DNA of 62,309 bases, filler included. It is 8 parts of 8 records of this genome, joined end to end, with 100 filler letters (N's around TTAATTAATTAA, not from the genome) between each part and the next. Parts side by side here need not be neighbours in the genome. Positions count along the whole stretch, not along the records: positions 1 to 6,552 come from SRR31156797_31071; positions 6,653 to 17,211 come from SRR31156797_31078; 6 more parts are not named here. One strand, given 5' to 3'. Under the pieces are notes generated by a model. That model searched no databases and was not told where the DNA came from. It saw only the letters and a program-made list of their open reading frames with translations. Position numbers and translations under genes: made by a program. Positions 1 through 9,170 of this stretch are shown here, in pieces (positions within the stretch are counted from its first letter, which is position 1; each line of letters begins with the position of its first letter).

Positions 1-285
1 CTTGAAATCCTGGTTTTCGTTCAGGCACTAAATTGAAATGATGTTCAAAGTTAACTTATTGATAGTGATGGGCCTGAAAAAAGAAGTAAACTTAAAAGAT
101 TTGGATCACATATCAAAAAACTTTTGCTGTGGATTATTCTTTTAATTTGTAGAAATTAAAATCTTTATGAAATTGTATTGACAGATCGCCTATAATCTCA
201 TTTATTATTGCAAACTAACATTTTGAATATTAAATATTTTTGATAACCTATTTTCTGCTACTGATAAAAGGATAGAGAACAAAAT

Positions 286-2637
286 TTGACTCAGATGAAA
301 CAAAAAAGTTGGGCAAAATTTGCTGGGTTAGGGCTGACATTATCTTATCTAAGATTGTTCATTTCAGGCATTTTGATTTACCTTATCTCCACTTCTGGTG
401 CAACAGGTCGAACAATCAGCAGAATCAAATTCCTGGATCATGGCTCCAATCAGGTGGGTGAATACAAGGCCTTGCTTATTGGTATCAACCAATACAAGGA
501 TCCCCAAATTCCTGACCTTGAAACAGCTGTCAGCGATGTGAAGGGTTTAGCAGAGTTGCTAAAACGACAATATAATTTTTCAACAACCGTCATTCTTAAT
601 AAAAAGGCCACCAAACAATATCTCTATGATTCTTTAAGGAAACTTGTCGTTGAATCAAAGCCTGATGACAGCGTTTTGATTTACTATGCCGGGCATGGAG
701 AAATTGATCGTCTATACGACGAAGGCTGGTGGATTCCTGCCGATGCTCAAGCCGGGAACAGCCTCAGTTATCTTGACAATGTCCAGGTTCAAAAAGCCAT
801 GCGGGGAATGAAAGCAAGACACGTTTTGCTGATATCTGACTCCTGCTATTCCGGCACACTGTTCGGTCACGGACGAGCGATCCCTAAAAATACCATTACC
901 GAAAAGTACTACCTTGAACTTTACAGTGAAAAAAGCCGCTGGGGAATGACATCCGGGAACAAAACCCCAGTATCAGACTCCGGAACTGCCGACCACAGTG
1001 TGTTTGCCTATCAACTCATTAAAACGCTAACCAAAAATAAATCCCCGTATTTAAGTGCCCAGGAAATTTACACCCGTATTGCACCTATTATCACCAACAA
1101 TTCAGATCAGACTCCCATGTGTCAGCCGATTAGAAATACCGGGGACCAGGGCGGTGGATTTGTATTCATTCAACAACTGCCTGCGCCACAACCGATACAA
1201 GCGGAAAAACAATCGACACTAAAAGTGGAATCCAATGAAAGCAAGGCCTTGGTTTTTATAAATGGTTCCCAGAAAGGCAGCACCAATTTTGTATTGGAAC
1301 AGCTGAAACCTGGTGATTATAATATTCTGGTTAAAAAAACAGGATTCAGTTCCTATAAGAAAACGGTCACCTTGAAACCTGGCCGCACATTAAGGCTTTT
1401 TGCCTATCTGGATACTATTCAGGCACAGACCGGCAGTCTTTATGTGGATACGTTTCCCCAAAATACCGGTATCCAACTAAAAGGGATCTCGACAAAATTC
1501 AGCCAGGGTATTGAACTGCCCCCTGGAATATATAAACTACATGTTTTCAAAAAAGGGTATCTTGATAAAAAGGTAAGCATCAATATTGTTTCCGGTGAAG
1601 ATACCAGCATATTTATAAAGCTTGATAAACAGGCCATTTCTCAGGTCAGCGCGCTCCATCCGTCTGAACAACCTGTTCTTCATCAAACAGCATTAGGAAA
1701 TGCAGATGATGCCGATACCAGTGTGAGAATCTTTGAAAGCTCTCCTTCCGATCTGCTGAAAAACGACCCGGCTTTATCAGGAAGCCATGCAGCAAACAGA
1801 CTGCCCAGACTCCTGGAACAACAATATGGCAACACACCGGTTGTCCAACAGATTAACCAATCAAACCCAATCCGTCGTGTAGTTGTAAACTCCACTTTGG
1901 AGCATATTTTAAAATCCCGTCAGTTGACCTTTGGTACTACACTCAACAACCCGCCCTTTTCATTCCTGGATCAAGGTGGTAATCCAGCCGGAATTGAAAT
2001 CGTCCTGGCCAGAAAGATGGCAAAGGATCTTGGTGTAAAACCGGTCATGGTAAAGATAATCCCGGATCGCTTAGTTAAAGGACTTGTCGAAAAACAGTAT
2101 GACATTATTATGAACGGCATGGTGGTAACCCAGAAACAGAATCTTAAAATCAATTTCAGCAATCCTTACCATATTACTACCCAATCACTTTTAGTTTCCA
2201 AGAGTTTGAACAGTGAATTAACTTCTCTTAAAGATTTGCGCCAGTCAAAATTCAGGATATTTATTCTGCCCCACTCTAAAGCCTCTCTCCTGCTTTATCA
2301 ACACTTGCCCTCAATTAATTTTTTTACATCTACTTCAGCGTTTGAGGCAGCGAATAAAGTTCTCAACAACGAGGCTGACATGTTTATCGGAAACCATGAA
2401 TTCTGCAGGCTCATTTATAATAAGGGTCAGGAGAGGCTAAAAATAGTTGACACACCATTATCTTTTGATCCAATTGCTTGGGGAATCAGAAAAGGCGATC
2501 CTGATTTTCTGCTCTGGCTGAACGCGTTTGCCGGTGAAGTAAAAAATAATACGGCGATAAAAAGCCTGATGGCATCTCAGATTGAGGTCTGTAAAAATAC
2601 AATAGAAAATGAGATAAAATATGCTACGAACAATTAA
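286..2637 (+). CDS. Caspase-like (peptidase C14) - PEGA repeats - family 3 solute-binding domain fusion, with N-terminal signal/TM segment
   Basis: ALLIGINQY..DLETAVSDV, His motif YYAGHG and Cys motif ISDSCYSG; PEGA-like segments (LKVESNESKALVFING..GDYNILVKKTGF; GSLYVDTFP..GIYKLHVFKKGY); C-terminal SBP_bac_3 (PPFSF..GIEIVLA..INFSNPY..IRKGDPDF). Start could be ATG at 295. Confidence 0.85.
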   Translation: MTQMKQKSWAKFAGLGLTLSYLRLFISGILIYLISTSGATGRTISRIKFLDHGSNQVGEYKALLIGINQYKDPQIPDLETAVSDVKGLAELLKRQYNFSTTVILNKKATKQYLYDSLRKLVVESKPDDSVLIYYAGHGEIDRLYDEGWWIPADAQAGNSLSYLDNVQVQKAMRGMKARHVLLISDSCYSGTLFGHGRAIPKNTITEKYYLELYSEKSRWGMTSGNKTPVSDSGTADHSVFAYQLIKTLTKNKSPYLSAQEIYTRIAPIITNNSDQTPMCQPIRNTGDQGGGFVFIQQLPAPQPIQAEKQSTLKVESNESKALVFINGSQKGSTNFVLEQLKPGDYNILVKKTGFSSYKKTVTLKPGRTLRLFAYLDTIQAQTGSLYVDTFPQNTGIQLKGISTKFSQGIELPPGIYKLHVFKKGYLDKKVSINIVSGEDTSIFIKLDKQAISQVSALHPSEQPVLHQTALGNADDADTSVRIFESSPSDLLKNDPALSGSHAANRLPRLLEQQYGNTPVVQQINQSNPIRRVVVNSTLEHILKSRQLTFGTTLNNPPFSFLDQGGNPAGIEIVLARKMAKDLGVKPVMVKIIPDRLVKGLVEKQYDIIMNGMVVTQKQNLKINFSNPYHITTQSLLVSKSLNSELTSLKDLRQSKFRIFILPHSKASLLLYQHLPSINFFTSTSAFEAANKVLNNEADMFIGNHEFCRLIYNKGQERLKIVDTPLSFDPIAWGIRKGDPDFLLWLNAFAGEVKNNTAIKSLMASQIEVCKNTIENEIKYATNN

Positions 2638-3448
2638 GATATTAATACTGATCAGCGCACTATGCTTTGGATTTGTTATGGTTTCAATAGCTGATGACAT
2701 AGAGCTTGCAAAAAGATCTACCATTGAGTCTATTATAAAATCGAATGAAATCCGAGTGGGATTTGAAAGCGGCTATCTTCCGTTTGAAATGACAAATAAA
2801 AATGGGAGATTTATTGGCTTTGATTTAGATCTTGGAAGAGCTCTAGCCAAATCCATGGGGGTCAAATTTGTTCCGGTGAATACTGCATGGGACGGCATCA
2901 TTCCAGCAATTGTAACCCATAAAATTGACATCATTATTAGTGGGATGACTTTAACACAGTCAAGACATTTACAAGTTAATTTTTCTGATCCCTATATTGT
3001 CATTGGCCAAGCAGTTTTACTGAACCGTAAACATGCAACATCAGTGAAATCCTATAAAGACCTGAACAACTCCCGATTCGTAATTGTTTCTAGACTCGGT
3101 ACGACTGGCGAGCAAGCCGCAAAAAGAATGATTCCAAAAGCAATTTACAAATCTTACGACTCTGAGGGTGAAGCTTCGATGGAAGTCATACAAGGTAGAG
3201 CAGATGCATTGATTTATGATCTTCCATTTATTGAAACAATTCAAGCACAGCATGGCCGGGAAAAAACCGTTACGCTATCCACACCGTTTACTTACGAACC
3301 GGTTGCTATGGCAGTCCGAAAAGGTGATCCGGATTTCATTAATTTTTTAAATAATTTTATCCGCCAATACAAAGGTGATGGCCGTTGGCAAATATCCTAC
3401 GACAAGTGGTTTAAAAGTACGGACTGGTTCAGTGATGTTGGATATTAA
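2621..3448 (+). CDS. Polar amino-acid-type periplasmic substrate-binding protein (family 3), with no permease nearby
   Basis: Signal peptide; YLPFE, GFDLDL, WDGIIP, SGMTLTQSR, FSDPY, LGTTG motifs; overlaps the upstream stop. Confidence 0.9.
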   Translation: MLRTIKILILISALCFGFVMVSIADDIELAKRSTIESIIKSNEIRVGFESGYLPFEMTNKNGRFIGFDLDLGRALAKSMGVKFVPVNTAWDGIIPAIVTHKIDIIISGMTLTQSRHLQVNFSDPYIVIGQAVLLNRKHATSVKSYKDLNNSRFVIVSRLGTTGEQAAKRMIPKAIYKSYDSEGEASMEVIQGRADALIYDLPFIETIQAQHGREKTVTLSTPFTYEPVAMAVRKGDPDFINFLNNFIRQYKGDGRWQISYDKWFKSTDWFSDVGY

Positions 3449-3540
3449 AAATAGGATATGATATAGAGTCCAACCGTGCAGATATAAGTAAATTCAAAAA
3501 GTTAACTCACAAAAAGAGCTATTTAAAGCCCTTAAAAGTG

Positions 3541-3603
3541 CCCTTTCCCCCCCCAAAAAAAAGGGGGGGGGGGTAAGTCTCAATTTGAGACATATTAATT
3601 GTC
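3541..3603. other. Poly-C/poly-G hairpin followed by two overlapping palindromes
   Basis: C8-A8-G11 run; GTCTCAATTTGAGAC (3577-3591) and GACATATTAATTGTC (3589-3603). Confidence 0.5.
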
Positions 3604-3725
3604 ACAACTAAATCAAACAAGAAACATACTGACAGACAAGCCGCAGATGTTCAAAGTTCATGACCGGACACACGGGGGACGCCCAGGCGCCCCCCGTTCA
3701 CCTGCGTTGAGGGCTTCGATAAGCG

Positions 3726-4040
3726 ATGAAGACACTCTGCAGTCATACCTCTCTTCCCGTGGTGAACTTCACTAACCGCTTCCTGAGCCATATCCAGCCC
3801 AAGCACTTCCACCGAATCCGGTATTACGGATTCCAGGCAAACGGCAAGACAGGAAAGCAGATTGCATCCATACGCAGCGAGTTGGACAGCCGAATTAAAG
3901 CCAGTTCGGAAACGAAACAATAGATCGAACCAATTTTGCCTATGCCCCGCCTGCGACAACGGAACATGATGACCATCCTGGTGGTGGATGGCTACGGAAA
4001 CGTAGTGCAAGAGGTGCTGCCGTTTGCCGACACCCAACAA
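3726..4040 (+). mobile_element. IS91-family (Y2 HUH) transposase C-terminal remnant
   Basis: NFTNRFLSHIQPKHFHRIRYYGFQAN matches the IS91 F..RFL.H..P.GF..IRYYG motif; downstream CPAC..GT then MMTILVVD is broken by stops and a frameshift. Confidence 0.75.
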
Positions 4041-4484
4041 ATTTTAATTGCGGGAGGCTCTCCATAAAAAGCTTTACTTTGGAAAAAATTGCAGATATCA
4101 AAAGTAGTCAGGAGCTTATCAGGGGCTCTTATCGACAATTGGCAGCGGTCGGCAGGTTTTTTTGATCCAATTTGAAACCGGACCGGATAAATCAAAAGGG
4201 TGAATCCAGATGAGCACTCAAATCTTCCAGTCAAGTTTCAAAACTGTGATTGCAAAATCCAGGCTATGGAAAACATGTTCTCCTACTTTTACTCAAGGAA
4301 ATACCACCGAGTCCTCGACCCGGTTAATGTGACAAAAATATGTAATCGTTGGTGTTAGAGAATAATTTGAGTCTTAAAGACCACGCATGCCAGAAATAAG
4401 CCAACTTATGGGTATTGGGGACCGATCCAATGGGGTTGAGATCTGATATCTGATGAAAGTTCATTGGAAATAAGGAGAAAAATT

Positions 4485-5717
4485 ATGGCGTTATATGCAT
4501 TTGACGGCACCTGGAATTCGGATGAGGTCAGTGATGTACAGGATACCAATGTTGTTCGATTTAAAGAGCTGTATCGTGGTAATAATGCAGAGTATATCGA
4601 AGGAGTGGGGACGCGGTACGGAAAGCTTGGTCAATTGATGGGCGGTATTTTCGGGGCCGGCGGGAAGACAAGAATTGATGAAATGTACGAAGAACTCTGT
4701 GAAAACTGGACACAAGGTGATACGGATATCGATATCATCGGGTTCAGCAGGGGGGCGGCTCTTGCCATGCATTTTGCCAACGAAATCGGCGATAAGGGCG
4801 TTAAACTGAAAAATGGCAGTATTGAAAAGCCGGTGATTCGGTTTTTAGGTGTATGGGATATTGTGGGGTCCTTCGGACTCGCTTTGGATACGTTTATCGA
4901 TTTTCAGTCAATCAACCTGGGATGGAGCATTGATACGGTACATCAATGTGTGAAAAATTGTTTTCATGCTATGGCTCTGGACGAGCGGCGCGAAACCTTT
5001 AATGTGACGCGGCTCGATCCGGAAAATGAATACAGCAATATCCGTGAAGTCTGGTTCCGCGGTGTACACAGTGATGTCGGCGGTGGCAACGAAAACGTAC
5101 TCCGCTCGAATATTGCCCTGCAGTGGATGCTGGGCCAGGCCCGTGTATGCGGTCTGCCGATCAATGAAATCAAGGCCAAAAATCCTCGCTATAGTGAGAC
5201 GGATCTTTTTGCACCTGTGTCTGAGAACAAGGATGTTCAGATTGATCCCAGGCGGAAGATTTTGAAAAACGATGAGATTGATCAGAGTGCTCTGCCCAAA
5301 AAGCTTCTTATTGGCGAGTCCCATACCTGTGAAGTCTTTGCAGAGGTAAAGTACAACTGGAGTGGGATAGCCGTTGAAGACGGTGCCAATTATACCTTTT
5401 CAGTACCCATGGGTGACACGTGGCAGGATGCCAGTATTGAGTGCGGTCCGGCAGGATGGAGATCCGAAGAGTTACCCTGGTATAAAAAAGGCATTGTAAC
5501 CGTATTTGAAAAATTTAGAAGAATGGAGAATGCCAACTGGTTCGCATTGGTGGGCGCTTTGGGGGATGAAGAAAATGATATTTTCCTGATCGGTGATAAC
5601 CAAGAAGCATACACAGCGCCTCGGGATGCGGATCTGTATTTGTTCGCAAATGATATGATATCAAAATACGGTAATAACGACGGATCAATCATGGTGACCA
5701 TCACCAGGGTTCCCTGA
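4485..5717 (+). CDS. DUF2235 / Tle1-like alpha/beta hydrolase with a C-terminal LecA(PA-IL)-like domain
   Basis: FDGTWN, TNV, GFSRGA nucleophile elbow, GVWDIV, HAMALDERR, WFRGVHSDVGGG; AGGAG RBS before ATG 4485. Confidence 0.85.
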   Translation: MALYAFDGTWNSDEVSDVQDTNVVRFKELYRGNNAEYIEGVGTRYGKLGQLMGGIFGAGGKTRIDEMYEELCENWTQGDTDIDIIGFSRGAALAMHFANEIGDKGVKLKNGSIEKPVIRFLGVWDIVGSFGLALDTFIDFQSINLGWSIDTVHQCVKNCFHAMALDERRETFNVTRLDPENEYSNIREVWFRGVHSDVGGGNENVLRSNIALQWMLGQARVCGLPINEIKAKNPRYSETDLFAPVSENKDVQIDPRRKILKNDEIDQSALPKKLLIGESHTCEVFAEVKYNWSGIAVEDGANYTFSVPMGDTWQDASIECGPAGWRSEELPWYKKGIVTVFEKFRRMENANWFALVGALGDEENDIFLIGDNQEAYTAPRDADLYLFANDMISKYGNNDGSIMVTITRVP

Positions 5718-6330
5718 CCTCAGATGAATTTTCCAACGTCTGAAAATAACAGACCGGGTTTATAGCCCGGTCATGCCTTCAAGATAGAATTATTCTTTTG
5801 AGCGTTGTGCCTGGGTGAAAATTTATTCCCAAAGCAGAGTTGACATGACTGCAAAAATAATCGTGATCACACAAAAGGATATGAGCCGTATTCAAAACGT
5901 CTGAAACTGGCCGATGAATTTATTGGTACTGGGAATGGAACACGATTTTGGCGCCCAACGTTTGGAATCACAGACGGATGAAACCACTCCCGTCGGCGTC
6001 GGTCCCGACAAACAGGATGACCGTTTCCTCTGGTGAGACACAGATGGATTGGCGGGTGGAATCTCGAAAGCCATTCAATTCGTGAGTGATAAACATATTC
6101 GTTATAATCATTGCATGATCCGAATTTTTATTCACCGACCGTGTGTTGAACTTTTCCTGGTGGGGCAGAACCTCCTTGACGGCAGCCACCTGGAGTCGAT
6201 ATAGGAATTTTTTAGCTTGCCGGTGGAGGTGTTCCGCTCTGTTTATGGTATGTTGAGTTATAGGTTATAGGATAAGCCGCCCCACTTCCCCGGGCCGTTG
6301 AACATACCACTACACTGTAAAAAGGATTTC

Positions 6331-6552
6331 ATGAATACTTTTACCGAGCTACCATTAACCAAATCAATGATTGAAAACTTGGATACCCTTGGATACCACG
6401 AAATGACTCCGGTTCAGGCGGGCAGTTTGCCCCATGTGCTGAAAGGAGAGGATCTACTGGCCCAGGCCAAGACGGGGAGCGGGAAAACCGCAGCCTATGG
6501 CATCGGCTTGCTCCACAGTCTGAATGTGAAGCGCTTCAGGGTACAGGCTCTG
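6331..6552 (+). CDS. dbpA: DEAD-box RNA helicase, DbpA-like, 5' part (cut by contig end)
   Basis: Q motif LGYHEMTPVQ, motif I AKTGSGKTAA, RFRVQAL. Confidence 0.8.
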
Positions 6553-6652
6553 NNNNNNNNNNNNNNNNNNNNNNNNNNNNNNNNNNNNNNNNNNNNTTAA
6601 TTAATTAANNNNNNNNNNNNNNNNNNNNNNNNNNNNNNNNNNNNNNNNNNNN
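6553..6652. other. Artificial contig linker
   Basis: N-run + TTAATTAATTAA + N-run, 100 nt. Confidence 0.99.
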
Positions 6653-6653
6653 T

Positions 6654-7223
6654 CTTTTAGATGAAATTGAAAAAGCTCATCCAGATATTTTAAATCTTTT
6701 TTATCAAATATTTGACAAAGGGATTGCAAATGATGGTGAAGGAAGAGTGATTGATTTTAAAAATACAATTATAATAATGACTTCAAATTTAGCTACACAA
6801 CAAATAACAGAATTATTTTTGAATAACAATGATATTAGTATGGATGAGGTAACAAAAGAGATTACACCTATTTTATCATCATATTTACAACCAGCATTGC
6901 TAGGAAGAATGAATACAATCCCATATATGAATTTAAAAGACTCTGCATTAAAAGATATCACTAAGTTAAAACTTAAAACTATAGAAAAACAATTAAAGAA
7001 AAAAGAGATGCAGTTAAATGTTGATGATGAGTTTTTAGATTATGTCGTTTCATTAAGTAATACAGTTGATACAGGAGCAAGAAATATTGATTTGATTATA
7101 AATACCAATTTGATGCCAAAATTATCAAAACATATATTAAATGCCAGTTTAGAAGAGAAAAAAATATCTTCATTAAATGTATCAATTGATTCTGATAAAC
7201 AAATAACAATAAAACACCAATAA
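6654..7223 (+). CDS. tssH: T6SS ATPase TssH/ClpV, C-terminal part
   Basis: LLDEIEKAHPD..QIFDKG..DGEGRVIDFKNTIIIMTSN, PALLGRM, DTGARNID; T6SS context. Confidence 0.9.
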   Translation, partial: LLDEIEKAHPDILNLFYQIFDKGIANDGEGRVIDFKNTIIIMTSNLATQQITELFLNNNDISMDEVTKEITPILSSYLQPALLGRMNTIPYMNLKDSALKDITKLKLKTIEKQLKKKEMQLNVDDEFLDYVVSLSNTVDTGARNIDLIINTNLMPKLSKHILNASLEEKKISSLNVSIDSDKQITIKHQ

Positions 7224-7234
7224 AAAGGATTAAT

Positions 7235-7369
7235 ATGAAAAGAATAGTTAGTTTTTTAATGCTTTTAATCATTCCTATTTTTTTTAATGCTTGCACAAGC
7301 TTTAGAGATGAGTATAAACCTTTGTACCAAGCTAAACCAAAAATAGAAAATATAAAAAGAAGTAACTAG
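7235..7369 (+). CDS. 44-aa lipoprotein (absent from the ORF track)
   Basis: MKRIVSFLMLLIIPIFFNACTSFRDEYKPLYQAKPKIENIKRSN; AAGGA RBS; lipobox FNAC; stop abuts the fha ATG. Confidence 0.75.
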   Translation: MKRIVSFLMLLIIPIFFNACTSFRDEYKPLYQAKPKIENIKRSN

Positions 7370-8707
7370 ATGAAATTGATTTTTGACATTATTAAAAGCG
7401 GAAGAGACTTCCCAAGTAAAAGAAACTTTCATTTTAATATGACTAGCGGACTTATAGGTAGGTCTGAAGAATGTGATTTTTTTTTACCAGACTCTCAAAA
7501 TTTCATCTCTAGTAAACATGCACTTGTTGAGTATAAACATGGAATATATTTTATAAAAGATATGAGTACAAATGGTACTTTTTTAAAATCTCCATATAAG
7601 AAATTACCAAAACAAATATCAATAAAAATCAATTCTACTGATATTTTTATAGTAGGTGATTATGAGATTCAAGCAAGGTTTATTGATGATGATTATAGTC
7701 AAGATGATATTATTAGTTATAAAGCACAAACAGAATATTCAAATGTTGATTCATCTTTAAGAGTATCTAAGCAATTGATTCCTGATGATGATTTTTTATT
7801 GGAAGACAGTTCAATTATGAATAACTCTTTTATCAAAGAGGAAGAAGAAAACTATGACAATAACATAATGAATGTTTTTTCTGAAAAAATCGAAGATGAA
7901 TTTGATGATTTATATGATTTTGAAAGAGAACCTTTTTTTGAAAGCAATAATGAAAATATTTCAAGTGTATCAAATGATTTAACACAAGAGCACATAAATA
8001 TTCCAAAATTTGACACAAATGAAGAAGATACTTATATCGTAGAGCCAGAAGAAGTTTCAACTGAAGAAATTGTAGAAGAAAGAAAGCCTAACAAAATTTC
8101 TCAACCTGTTTATTCAAGTATAGATACACAAAATGATAAAACCATAGAGATATTAGATAAAACATTAGGGATAAGTCTAAAATCACTTAGTAAAGATGAA
8201 AAAGAAGCTGCTGTTGAAGAGATAGCTCAAATAGTTTTAAATTCATTAGATGGATTAAAAAAATCATTAGAGTTAAAAGAAAAAGTGAAAAAAGATTTAT
8301 TGATTGAAAGTGTAAAAAATAAGAATGAAGACAATCCTGTAAAAATGGGACAATATGCTATGACCCTAATAACTGATAGACTTGACAAAAATAGTTTAAA
8401 GCTATCAGAAGCAGTGAAAAAGTCTTTTAAAGAATTAGATATTCATAATATTGCATTACATCGCTCAAGCAAGAATATTATAAACATTGCTGCCACAAAA
8501 TTTTCACCTAAAAGTCTTGAACACTATTTTGAATCAACTGGAGAGATTAACTCTCTTATGCCAAAAAAATATCAGATGTGGGATGCTTATGTGAATATGT
8601 TTAAAAAGATAAATGAAGATAGAGATTTTGGAATAAATTTTATTGCAAAAGATTTTTCTAAAGAGTATACAAACATATCTTATACAATCAAACTTACATC
8701 GGTCTAA
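7370..8707 (+). CDS. tagH: T6SS-associated FHA protein TagH/Fha
   Basis: FHA motifs IGRSEEC, ISSKHA, DMSTNGT; acidic linker; C-terminal H..A..FSP..LE..W..Y domain. Confidence 0.9.
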   Translation: MKLIFDIIKSGRDFPSKRNFHFNMTSGLIGRSEECDFFLPDSQNFISSKHALVEYKHGIYFIKDMSTNGTFLKSPYKKLPKQISIKINSTDIFIVGDYEIQARFIDDDYSQDDIISYKAQTEYSNVDSSLRVSKQLIPDDDFLLEDSSIMNNSFIKEEEENYDNNIMNVFSEKIEDEFDDLYDFEREPFFESNNENISSVSNDLTQEHINIPKFDTNEEDTYIVEPEEVSTEEIVEERKPNKISQPVYSSIDTQNDKTIEILDKTLGISLKSLSKDEKEAAVEEIAQIVLNSLDGLKKSLELKEKVKKDLLIESVKNKNEDNPVKMGQYAMTLITDRLDKNSLKLSEAVKKSFKELDIHNIALHRSSKNIINIAATKFSPKSLEHYFESTGEINSLMPKKYQMWDAYVNMFKKINEDRDFGINFIAKDFSKEYTNISYTIKLTSV

Positions 8708-8717
8708 AGGAGAAAAA

Positions 8718-9170
8718 ATGAAGTTTTTATTAAATATAGGGTTAGTTTTATTTATAGTTTTAGGTTTTGCTGCTTGTTCTTCAAAGCCTACTCATATAGA
8801 ACTAGTAGTCAGGTCTTCAAATGATTTAAATCCAGATATAAACAATGTTTCATCACCTCTGATGTTAACTTTTTATGAACTTGAATCTGCTGAAAATTTC
8901 TTGAAGTATGATTATTGGACTTTAATTGAAGACTCAGGAAAAAACCTAAATAGAGATTTGATATCACAATCAAAGCATATTATTATCCCAAACCAACAGC
9001 AAACATACAAAATTCTTTTTGATAGAGATGCTAGGTTTTTAGGAGTAGTAGCAAATTATCGAGAGATACAAAAAAATTCAGACTGGAAAAAAGTTATAGA
9101 TTTAGAACCAGATGAATACAACTTTAGTGAACTAAAGTTTGAAAATTTTACAATTGAAAGAGTGGAATAA
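8718..9170 (+). CDS. tssJ: T6SS lipoprotein TssJ
   Basis: Lipobox FAAC, DLNPD..SSPL..YEL, FLGVVANYR; AAGGAG RBS. Confidence 0.92.
   Translation: MKFLLNIGLVLFIVLGFAACSSKPTHIELVVRSSNDLNPDINNVSSPLMLTFYELESAENFLKYDYWTLIEDSGKNLNRDLISQSKHIIIPNQQQTYKILFDRDARFLGVVANYREIQKNSDWKKVIDLEPDEYNFSELKFENFTIERVE

Noticed and set aside
5780-6290. Short minus-strand ORFs between DUF2235 and dbpA as an immunity gene
   Set aside because: Fragmented, with no signal peptide or recognisable family
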